In this document: piece by piece, positions 25,690-37,514 of the stretch
Numbering within the stretch: position 1 is the stretch's first letter
Layout of the letters: each line of letters opens with the position of its first letter
Source: Octopus bimaculoides
Taxonomy: Eukaryota
Length of the DNA stretch: 64,000 bases
NCBI RefSeq assembly: GCF_001194135.2
Contig: NC_069000.1
Location: 35,754,261 to 35,818,260 of the forward strand
Direction of reading: 5' to 3'
The notes under the pieces: generated by a model
The model's input: only the letters and a program-made list of their open reading frames with translations
The model's database searches: none
What the model was told of the DNA's origin: nothing
Made by a program: the position numbers and the translations under genes

Positions 25690-28600
25690 CAACTGCAGCA
25701 AGTGCAACAACAACAGAATGGCAATGCGGTGACTATTACAGCGACAAGTATTGGTGTCCTTAACAAAGCTCAGGTCCATCGGTCAGGTAAAAATCTAAAT
25801 TCACTTTAACCACCACCACCACCACAACCACCTTTCATATTCATTATTATAATCAGTATTAAAGTAATGAGCTGGCAGAATCGTTAACATGCCAGGTAAA
25901 ATGCTTAGCAGTAATTTGTCCGTTTTCATGATCTGAGTTCAAATTTCACTGGGGTTGATAAAATAAGTACCAGTTGAATACTGTGGTTGATATAATTGAC
26001 TAATCCCTTCCCCCCGAATTTCAGGCCTTGTGCCTATAGTAGAAAGGATTATTTTTATTGTTATTAAAGTGGAAAGCTGGTAGAATCATTAACATGCAGA
26101 GCAAAATGCTTAGCAGTATTTTGTCTGTCTTTACATTCTGAGTTCAAATTCTGCCGACGTTGACTTCGCCTTTCATCCTTTTGGGGTTGATTAAATAAAT
26201 ACCAGTTATGTACTGGGATCAATGTAATCGACTTACCCCCTCCACCACAAATTTCAGGCCTTGTGCCTATTGCAGAATGGATTATTATCATTATTTAAGT
26301 GGTGAGCTGGCAGAATCGTTAGCATGCCTGGCAAAATGCTTAGTGGTATTTCATCTGTTGTCTTGTTCTGAATTCAAATTTCGCCATGGTTGATAAAATA
26401 AGTACCAGTTGAATACTTGGGGCTGATGTACTCGGCTAATCCCCTTCCCTGAAATTTCAGGCCTTGTGCCTATAGTAGAAAGGATTATTATTATTCTTAT
26501 CATCATCATCATGTGGGAGTTTCTGTAGGGTTGCTTGACCTGTTAGGAATAACAGCTTAATCATTTTGTTACCATATTTCTGACTAAAGCCTCGTGAGTG
26601 GATTTGGTAGACAGAAACTGAAAGAAGCCCGTTGCATATATATATATATGTTTGTCCCCACACCATTGCTGGACAATAGATTTTGGTGTGCTTGCATCCC
26701 TGTAACTTAGCGGTTCAGCAAAACAGACCAATAGAATAAGTACTAGGCTTACAAAGAATAAGTCCTGGGGTTGATTTGTTCAACTAAAGGTGGTGCTCCA
26801 GCATGGTCTCAGTCAAATGACTGAAACGAATAAAAGAATATTCTTTTATTCTTTTACTTGTTTCAGTCATTTGACTGCGGCCATGCTGGGGCATTGCCTT
26901 AAACAGTTTTTTAGTTAAAGAAATCAACCCCCAAGACTTATTCTTTGTAAGCCTAGTACTTATTCTATCAGTCCTTTTACCAGACCGCAAAGTTACGGGG
27001 GACGTAAACACACCAATATCAGTTGTCCAACCCATGCCAGCATGGAAGACATGTTAAATGACGATTGTGAGGGTTGGTAGAGTTAATCTTTGACAGGCTG
27101 TTGTCAGGATTGTGAACGAAGCCTCCTCTTTTGCTTTCTTTCAGGTCGGAAGGTGTTACAGTCAAACAACATCATCACCATCTTGCCGTCGGTTCAACAA
27201 GATGTTGACCTTCAGCAGCCACTGAAACTCCGCAGTGTGAAGGAGACGATCATGTCTGCTGCGGAGAGCAGTGATAATCGTACGGGAAACTGGAGTAAGA
27301 AAAAACTTCAATGTGAGCTCTGTAATAAGTATTTTGCCAAAAACTTTGATCTCCAGCAGCATATCCGTTCTCATACGGGTGAGAAACCATTCCAGTGCAT
27401 CGTCTGTGGTCGAGCATTTGCCCAGAAGTCGAATGTCAAGAAGCATATGTCTACTCATAAGGTTTGCCAAATAAGACATTTTCATTTGTTCCTAACATTT
27501 TTATGTATATTATTATTATTATCATCATCATCATCATCATCATTAAAGCAGCAAGCTGGCAGAATTGTTAGCATACCAGGCAAAATGCTTAGTGGTAGTT
27601 TGCCCATCGCTACATTCTGTGTTCAAATTCTGCCAAGTTTGACTTTACTTTTTATCCTTTCAAGGTCAATAAATTAAGTACCAGTGAAACACTGNNNNNN
27701 NNNNNNNNNNNNNNNNNNNNNNNNNNNNNNNNNNNNNNNNNNNNNNNNNNNNNNNNNNNNNNNNNNNNNNNNNNNNNNNNNNNNNNNNNNNNNNNNNNNN
27801 NNNNNNNNNNNNNNNNNNNNNNNNNNNNNNNNNNNNNNNNNNNNNNNNNNNNNNNNNNNNNNNNNNNNNNNNNNNNNNNNNNNNNNNNNNNNNNNNNNNN
27901 NNNNNNNNNNNNNNNNNNNNNNNNNNNNNNNNNNNNNNNNNNNNNNNNNNNNNNNNNNNNNNNNNNNNNNNNNNNNNNNNNNNNNNNNNNNNNNNNNNNN
28001 NNNNNNNNNNNNNNNNNNNNNNNNNNNNNNNNNNNNNNNNNNNNNNNNNNNNNNNNNNNNNNNNNNNNNNNNNNNNNNNNNNNNNNNNNNNNNNNNNNNN
28101 NNNNNNNNNNNNNNNNNNNNNNNNNNNNNNNNNNNNNNNNNNNNNNNNNNNNNNNNNNNNNNNNNNNNNNNNNNNNNNNNNNNNNNNNNNNNNNNNNNNN
28201 NNNNNNNNNNNNNNNNNNNNNNNNNNNNNNNNNNNNNNNNNNNNNNNNNNNNNNNNNNNNNNNNNNNNNNNNNNNNNNNNNNNNNNNNNNNNNNNNNNNN
28301 NNNNNNNNNNNNNNNNNNNNNNNNNNNNNNNNNNNNNNNNNNNNNNNNNNNNNNNNNNNNNNNNNNNNNNNNNNNNNNNNNNNNNNNNNNNNNNNNNNNN
28401 NNNNNNNNNNNNNNNNNNNNNNNNNNNNNNNNNNNNNNNNNNNNNNNNNNNNNNNNNNNNNNNNNNNNNNNNNNNNNNNNNNNNNNNNNNNNNNNNNNNN
28501 NNNNNNNNNNNNNNNNNNNNNNNNNNNNNNNNNNNNNNNNNNNNNNNNNNNNNNNNNNNNNNNNNNNNNNNNNNNNATATATGTATGTACATATATACAA

Positions 28601-31130
28601 CGGGCTTCTTTCAGTTTCCATCTACCAAATCCACTCACACGGCTTTGGTCGGCCCGAGGCTACAGTAGAAGACACTTTCCCACAGTGCCACGCAGTAGGA
28701 CTGAACCCGAAACCATGTGGTTGGTAAGAAAGCTACTTACCATACAGCCATGCCTGTGCCTATATATATATATATATATATATCATCATCATCATCATCA
28801 TCATCATCGTTTAACGTCCGCTTTCCATGCTAGCATGGGTTGGACGATTTGACTGAGGACTGGTGAAACCGGATGGCAACACCAGGCTCCAATCTAATTT
28901 GGCAGAGTTTCTACAGCTGGATGCCCTTCCTAACGCCAACCACTCAGAGAGTGTAGTGGGTGCTTTTACGTGTCACATACAATGGGCTTCTTTCAGTTTC
29001 TGTCTACCAAATCCACTCACAAGGCTTTAGTCAGCCCGTGGCTACAGTAGAAGACACTTGCCCTCGGTGTCAAGCAGTGGGACTAAACCCAGAACCATGT
29101 GGTTGGGAAGCAAGCTTTTTACCACACAGCCACACTTGTATGTATCTCCCATCATATTTACTCCTGAGGTTTGATCAACCTGGGACACTTGCCCTTGCTA
29201 CCATATAGTGGGATTAAACATGAGACCACATGGTTGTGAAGCAAGTTTCTTAACCATACTATACTATTACTTCTATGTAAACTTGTGATCTTATACATAT
29301 TTTAAAAAAACCCATAATCATCATTTCCCTCCACTCTGTTAGGAGGCACAAGCATAAGACACTTGCCTAAGATGCCATGCAGTGGGACTGACCCTGAAAC
29401 CATATGGCTGGGGAGTAAGCTTCCTAACCACACAGCTATGCCTGCACCTGTCATTTTATAATCATCATCATTATCATCGACATCATTATTTTATGTCTGT
29501 CTCTTCTTTTTTCACAATTTCAATATGTCTTTTGTCATCCAGGTCTGGCCGAGTGGCATGGGTTCCACATTGCCTCAGCAACCGTCTCCACAGCCGTCAT
29601 CTGCTGATGAGGCAGAAGCTGATATCACCGAAGAGCCTACTATACCCATGCCTCAACCTGATTCAACTTGTGAGGAGGTAAATTTCAGTCATCTTCTACA
29701 ATTTTATTTGGTTTCTCCTTCATTTCAAGAGGGCCACATCTCTTTCATCCTCCCAACCACTTTTCTCCCTTTTTTTTCACTTTTACTCTTTTACTTGTTT
29801 CAGTCATTTGACTGCTGCCATGCTGGAGCACCACCTTTAGTCGAGCAAATCAACCCCAGGACTTATTCTTTGTAAGCCTAGTAATTATTCTATCAGTCTC
29901 TTTTGCCGAACCGCTAAGTTACAGGGGACGTAAACACACCAGCATCGGTTGTCAAGCGATGTTGGGGGGACAAACACAGACACAAACATATACACACACA
30001 TTCATACNNNNNNNNNNNNNNNNNNNNNNNNNNNNNNNNNNNNNNNNNNNNNNNNNNNNNNNNNNNNNNNNNNNNNNNNNNNNNNNNNNNNNNNNNNNNN
30101 NNNNNNNNNNNNNNNNNNNNNNNNNNNNNNNNNNNNNNNNNNNNNNNNNNNNNNNNNNNNNNNNNNNNNNNNNNNNNNNNNNNNNNNNNNNNTTATACAT
30201 ATAGAAACGACGGGCTTCTTTCAGTTTCCGTCTACCAAATCCACTCACAAGGCTTTGGTCGGCCCGAGGCTATAGTAGAAGACACTTGCCTAAGGTGCCA
30301 CATAGTGGGAATGAACCCGGGACCATGTGGTTGGTAAGCAAGCTACTTACCACACAGCCACTCCTGCGCCTATGCACTTGTATACCAAGTACACTTTTTT
30401 TTTTAATCATTTCATTATATGTAAACCCCCATACCTTATGTCTGTCTTTGTATTTGTCCCCCTCATCCTTCGCCCTTGTGGCAAATAAATGAACTCATTA
30501 TTATTATTATTATTATTATTATCATTATTTAAGGCGGTAAGCTGGCGAAATTGTTAGCATGCTGGACAAAATACATTTTGTCCTTTCTTTACCTTCTGAT
30601 GCCTTTGCGTTCAAATGCCACCAGGGTCAACTTTGCCTTTCACCCTTCTAAGGTCAATAAAATAAATACCAGTTGAACACTGGGGTCAGTGTTATCGAGT
30701 TACCCCCTCCCCCAAAATTGCTGGCCTATAGTAGAAAGGATTTTTATAATTATTGATTTGACTCAGATTTATTCTTATTCCTGACAGAATTTATGCAGGT
30801 AACAGGTTGCCTTACTACCTGTTGCCTTAGGTATCCACAATCTTTCAATAGTCTTTCAAGTGCTTAAGGCCCTCCTCCTGATAATCTTTCCTGTCCCTAA
30901 GAGGCAAACTTTCTATTATTATTGTTATTATTATTTTTCTTCTTCCTCCTCCTCCTCCTCCTTCTCTTTCTTCTTCTTCATGTCGCATACTATGTATACT
31001 TCCCTTTTAATGTATATCATGTATACTTTTCCTTCTTTTTTTATCATTTTATTATATGTAAACCCCGACACTTTATGTCTGTCTTTGTATTGTCCTCCTC
31101 ATCCTTCATCCTGGTAGCAAATAAAAGAAA

Positions 31131-31171
<41 letters not shown>

Positions 31172-34100
31172 GAGTGAGAGAGCAGTGCATGCCATCAAAG
31201 TGACACTGGGGTAAAATATACGAAGCCCAATATACCCATCATGACTACCTGTCTGATAAGGGTACACCAGGCACATGCATCACAACCATATGTGCGCGAC
31301 ATGGTGATCTCATATCAAGATGAACAGCGCATGACCTTGCAGGTGGGGCCCAGTTAGAATTTTCTTCAGGTCAAGTAGCTTAACCAGCTCAAAAGGTCCC
31401 TGAATAAGGTTTGTTTGAGGATGTCGAACGAAACACCCATGTTTCCAACGGTGAATTATTCAAACCCCAAAGAATTCCTCTCAACAAATGGCTATGATGC
31501 TCCCCCATTACATCTGCTCATGATCAGAGATGCACATATCGTCAGCCACCAAGGGACATGTTCAACTGGTTAAGGTCAGACAACTGACAAGCAAATCTGT
31601 GGTATTGAGCAGAATATTTGCTGTAGCCCAACTTTTTATACCAAGACAAAACCATATACATGAGAACACTTCCAATTAATTAAGATCAGAAACCATGAGA
31701 CCCACTGCCTAGTACTGCATCCAGGCATAAACCATGAGAGCCACTACTACTACTACTACTACTATTATTATTAATTAAGCTAGTAGACATTTCGTCCATC
31801 TTCCTGTTGTTCTTCAGACAATAGGAAAAACCAAAGCTTAATATCATTAACAACTTTCTTTCTTTCTTTCTTTCTTTCACTACCTTCTCTCATTCTCTTG
31901 TTTTTCTCCTTCATCTTTCAGATTATAGAGGAAGAACAGAAACAAAATGTTATAAACAACTGTCTTTCTTTTCGTTTTTGAAAACACGTGGCTTAGTGGT
32001 TAGGGTAGTCGGCTCACAGTTGTAAGGTCGTGAGTTCAATTCTCGGTGGTGCACTGTGTCCTTGAGCAAGGCACTTTATTTCACATTGCTCCAGTCCACT
32101 CGGCTGGCAAAGATGAGAAGTACCTGTATTTCAAAGGGCCAGCCATGTCACATTCTGAGTTACACTGAATCTTCCTTGAGAACTATATTAAGGTTATGCG
32201 TGTCTGTGGAATGCTCAGCACATTAATTTCATGAGTAGGCTGTTCCGTTGATCAGATCAACTGGAAAACCAATCATCAAAACCAAGTGCTAGGTTTATTT
32301 TCTGTCTGTGTGTCTGTCTGTCTTTTCCAATCACTCTCTCACTCTCACTCTCTCTCTCTCTTTCTCTTTTCACCTTTCAACTGCTCTCTTTCCTTCAGAT
32401 GACAGAGGAAGAACAAAAACTAAATGTCGTTGTTGACAACTCCTACCTGTGCCAGTATTGCCCTGAGAAGTTCAAGTCTTACTTCCAACTGAAATCTCAT
32501 ATGGTCCAACACAAGAGTCAGCAGGTAATATACAAACATGACTGAAAATTAAGGGGTTATGGGGGTGGGGGTGGGAGGAGGAATAAGCAGGAGTTTGCTG
32601 CACGACAGCGCAAAAGGAAAGTGGATGCTGGCATATTTGATGTATCTTTTACGCTTTACTTGTTTCAGCCATTGAACTGTGGCCATGCTGGAGCATTGCA
32701 TTGCAGGGTTTTAATGGAACAAATTGACTCTCTTTTACTCTTTTACTTGTTTCAGTCGTTTTACTGTGGCCATGCTGGAGCACCGCCTTTTAGCGCAAAT
32801 CGACCCCAGGACTTATTCTTTGTAAGCCTAGTACTTATTCTATCGGTCTCTTTTGCCGAACCGCTAAGTTACGGGGACGTAAACACACCAGCATTGGTTG
32901 TCAAGCGATGTTGGGGGGACAAACATATACACACACATACAAATATATATATATATACATATATATACGACTGGCTTCTTTCAGTTTCCGTCTACCAAAT
33001 CCACTCACAAGGCTTTGGTCGGCCCGAGGCTATAGTAGAAGACACTTGCCCAAGGTGCCACGCAGTGGGACTGAACCCGGAACCATGTGGTTGGTAAGCA
33101 AGCTACTTACCACACAGCCACTCTTACGCCTATGCCGAAAAATTTTAATGCATGTTGGTACAAACTCGTACATTGAATATCATCATTATTCAATGATTTC
33201 GAAGCCTGATGGGTCAGAGTTTAAGGCAGATTTTCTGAAGCCAGATGCTCTTCATGTTGCCAAACCTTCCCTTTCCCAAAATGGCCAGAACTTTTTTCAC
33301 AGGATATTGGAAATGAATGACATTCATTTACAACAACCACAAGATGTGAAGACAAAGAGACACAAACATACATCACCCCCACCACCACCACACACACACG
33401 TGTGTGTGTGTATATAAGAATAAGATGGACTTCTTTCAGTTTCCAGCTAGCAAATCCACTCCCAAAGCTTTAGTTGGTACAGGGCTGTACTAGAAGACAC
33501 TTGTCCAAAATGCTATGCAATGGAATTGAACCTGAAATCATGTGGTTGGGAAGCAAGCTTCTTAACCACTCAGCTACACTTGCACCAACATATTTAATAT
33601 ATTTATGATATTCATTTGCATTTAAAAAGCATTTTGTGAAGATGAAACAAAATGAGAAAAGGAATTATCTTTCCTTGTTTTCTAACACTATATCTGGTAT
33701 TAAATGTTTGTTGTGGATTTCAAACCAATAGTTTATGCCATTTACTAGACTTATGAAGTTGTGTTTCCTACTAATAAGCTTGTCTTGTAATCTTGTTTTC
33801 TACTCTTTGTTTTTAGGTATACAAGTGTGTTGTGAAGTCGTGTGGACTAACATTTAAGGAACTTGAACTCTTCCTTACTCACACGAAAAGTCACGAGGAA
33901 GACATGAGTTATCGGTGTCATGTCTGTTCAAAGCATTTTGCTACTCTTTATGATCTTGGAGTGCACCAATTCTCCCATAGTGTTTGTGAGGATACTATTA
34001 ATCGAAACGGTCCAAGGTAAGTCTCTTGCAATTTGATATAACAGAAAAAATGTGTACGTATCGGAGAAAAACTTAAAATAATGAACTTTTCTACTATAAG

Positions 34101-34560
34101 CACAAGGCCTGAAATTTTGAAGGAGGATGCTAGTTGATTACATTAATCCCCCCCAAGTACCCAACTGGTACTTATCTTATTGGCTCCAAAAGATGAAAGG
34201 CAAAGGCGACCTTGGTGGAGTTTGAACTCAAAACATAAAACTGGAAGAAATGCTGCAAAGCATTTTGTCTGGCGTGCTAATGATTCTGCCAGCTCACTGC
34301 CTTAAAAAGATTTAGAATAATAATTCTTTTCACTATAGACACAAGGCCTGAAATTTTGGGGAAGGGGCTAGTCAATTGCTTAAGGCTTACTACCTTAAAA
34401 AATCTAGGAAAATAATGAGAAAATAAAAGAAACATATCTCACCTCTCAGGTGATATTTACTTCATTAGAATTTAGAAACTTTGAAGAATGTGAAGTATTA
34501 TTTTTTGATGGTGGAACTCAAAGTAGTTAATTGTCAAGCCATGCTAGGGAGACAAACAAA

Positions 34561-34595
<35 letters not shown>

Positions 34596-37460
34596 GATAA
34601 GCTCCTTTCAGTTTCCATCTACCAAATTTTCTCACATAGCTTTGGTCAGCCCAAGACTATAGTAGAAGACACTTGCCCAAGGTGCTACGCAGTGGGACTG
34701 AACCCAAGATCATGTAGTTGAGAAGCAAGCTTCCTGCCACACAGCCACACCTGCGCCTATATGTATATTAGTGTACATTATTTACATTTGATGAATATTT
34801 GTCCTCATCTTGTTTGTTGTTAACACAACGTTTCAGCTGATATACCCTCCAGCCTTCATCAGGTGTCTTGGGGAAATTTCAAACCTGGGTTCTCATTCCT
34901 AAGGTATTTTTCGATGTTATTATTATTATTATTATTATTATTAAGGTCACTGCCTGGAATCGAACTATTATGAAATATAATGTACTAATGAGTGAATAAT
35001 CACCAAGCCCACGGGCATCTGGCATAGTGGTTAAGAGCGCTGGCTACTAACCCCAAGATTCTAAGTTCGATTCTAGGCAGTGACCTGAATAATAATAATA
35101 ATAATGATAATAATGATAACAACATCGAAAAATACATTAGGAATGAGAACCCAGGTTCGAAATTTCCCCAAGACACCTGATGAAGGCTGGAGGGTATACC
35201 GGCTGAAATGTTATGTTAACAACAAACAAGATGAGGACAAATATCCATCAATTGTAAATAATGTACATAATTCCTCATCTCTTAAATACAGAACTGTATA
35301 TTAATGTACATTTTTTTTTCTGCAGGCATTTCCAGTGTACCAAATGTCTAAACAAGTATTCCACACCAGAAGCTCTGGAACACCATTTAACCACATCATC
35401 TCATGAATTTCCCTGTCCACATTGTAAAAAAATATTTCCCTGTGAACGATACCTTCGCCGTCACCTGCCAACACATGGAAGTATAGGTAAAATTTGTATT
35501 TATGAATTACAATTTCTCTTTTTTGCACTTTTTACACTGACAATAACAATGACGAACAGAATCATCAAAGAGAAACAGCTAGAAGTAGCAGCTAAACCTT
35601 CTTCAAATCACACTCTGCCATCTTCTAAGAACACATTAGATAATGTGGTCCTGGATTCACTGTTTTTTTTTTATTTATGCGCCCCTTTTAAAGCCTAGCG
35701 AGGCTCATGGGCCCGGTTTCCCGGTTTCTATGGCGTATGTGTTCCTCCCAGCTGGACGGGACACCAGTCCATCGCAGCGTTACTCAAGAAACAGGGAGAA
35801 AGAGTGAGAGAAAGTTGGGGCGAAAGAGTACAACAGGGGTCGCCACCACCCCCTGCCGGAGCCTCGTGGAGCTTTGGGTATTTTCGCTCAATAAACACAC
35901 ACAACACCCGGTCTGGGAATCAAAACCATGATCCTCCGACCGCGAGTCCGCTGCCATAACCACTGAGCCATTGCGCCTCCACCCTGGATTCACTGTATTG
36001 AGAAATAAAAAATGTACAAGATGGGATGGTCATGCCTGGAATGCTTTTGATCATAGATTTGGTTGATCAGCGCTGACCTGAGTTTAAATAGCAACAAGTA
36101 AGCCAAGGTGTAAATTTCTAATTTTATTATCTGTTTATATTTCTTGAGAAGTTATCATCATCACTCATCATTATCCTCATCATCATCATCATTCTCATCA
36201 CCATCACTCTTCATCATCATCACTCATCATCATCATCACTCACCATCACTCATCATCATCATCATCATCATCATCACTCATCATCATCATCACTCATCAT
36301 CATATTGATTTCAAATTTTGGCACAAGGCTAGCAATTTCAGGGAACAGGGTAAGTTGATTACGTCAACCCCAGTGCTCAACCGGTATTTTTTAATTTTTT
36401 ATTACTCCAAAAGGATAGAAGGCAAAGTCAACCTCAGTGGAATTTGAACTCAGAACATGAGGACAAACAAAATGCCACTAAGCATTTTGTCTGGTGTGCT
36501 AATGAATCTGCCATCTTTGCCACCTTGGCTTTATCATATTGATTTCATTTTCATCATCATCGACTTCTGAGGACATAAACAGACCAACACCAGTTGTCAA
36601 GCGAAGGGAGATAGACAAAGTCTCTCCCCCCCTCTCTCTCTCACACACACACACACACAACATGGCAACATTCTAATAAACATTCTAATAACTGAAACAA
36701 GTAAAAGAATAAAAGATATCTATTTATTTCTGTTATTGTTGAAACCCCTTTTCTCACAAATATTTTCAGGTCAGTTTCCCTGTAACATTTGTCAGAAGAG
36801 ATTCAAGACAGAACATTATCTGAAGATGCATGTCCTCATTCACAGTGGAGAGAAACCATTCCAGTGTGAGTCTTGTGCAGCAGCATTTAACAGGAAGGAC
36901 AAACTGAAAAGACACATGCTTATTCATGAATCGGTCAAGAAACATAAATGTCCATTCAAAAGCTTTACAGGTGAGAAGATTTTTCATTTTGTTGTGTCTA
37001 GGAAGGTAGGTCATTATGCCAATATTATTAACACAACACTGGTTCAATTCCACTTCTTTATCATTAGTTAATTGGTTAAATATCTAACTAATTGATTGTT
37101 TGTTTTACTTGGTTAAACAGTAAGTCATTTGTTTTTTTTTCTGTCAAAGCTCCTTCTTTGCTATTTGCAACTTTTCCAATGAAGGTAAAAAGTCGTTGAA
37201 AAAGGGTTGCAAATAGCAACAAAAGAGCTTTGACAGAGAAACAAAAACAAAACAAATGACTTACTGTTTAACCAAGTTAAACAAACGTAGGAGTGGCTGT
37301 GTGGTAAGTAGCATGCTTACGAACCACATGGTTCCGGGTTCAGTCCCACTGCGAGGCACCTTGGGCAAGTGCTTCTACTATAGCCTCGGGCCGACCAAAG
37401 CCTTGTGAGTGGATTTGGTAGACGAAACTGAAAGAAGCCCATCGTATATATATATGTATG

Positions 37461-37514
<54 letters not shown>

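Noticed and set aside
35013-35085. tRNA-Ser(ACT)-like cloverleaf as a real tRNA gene
   Set aside because: The acceptor stem has mismatches, the anticodon is atypical, there is no T-run terminator, and it is contiguous with the SINE body. It is treated as a SINE head.
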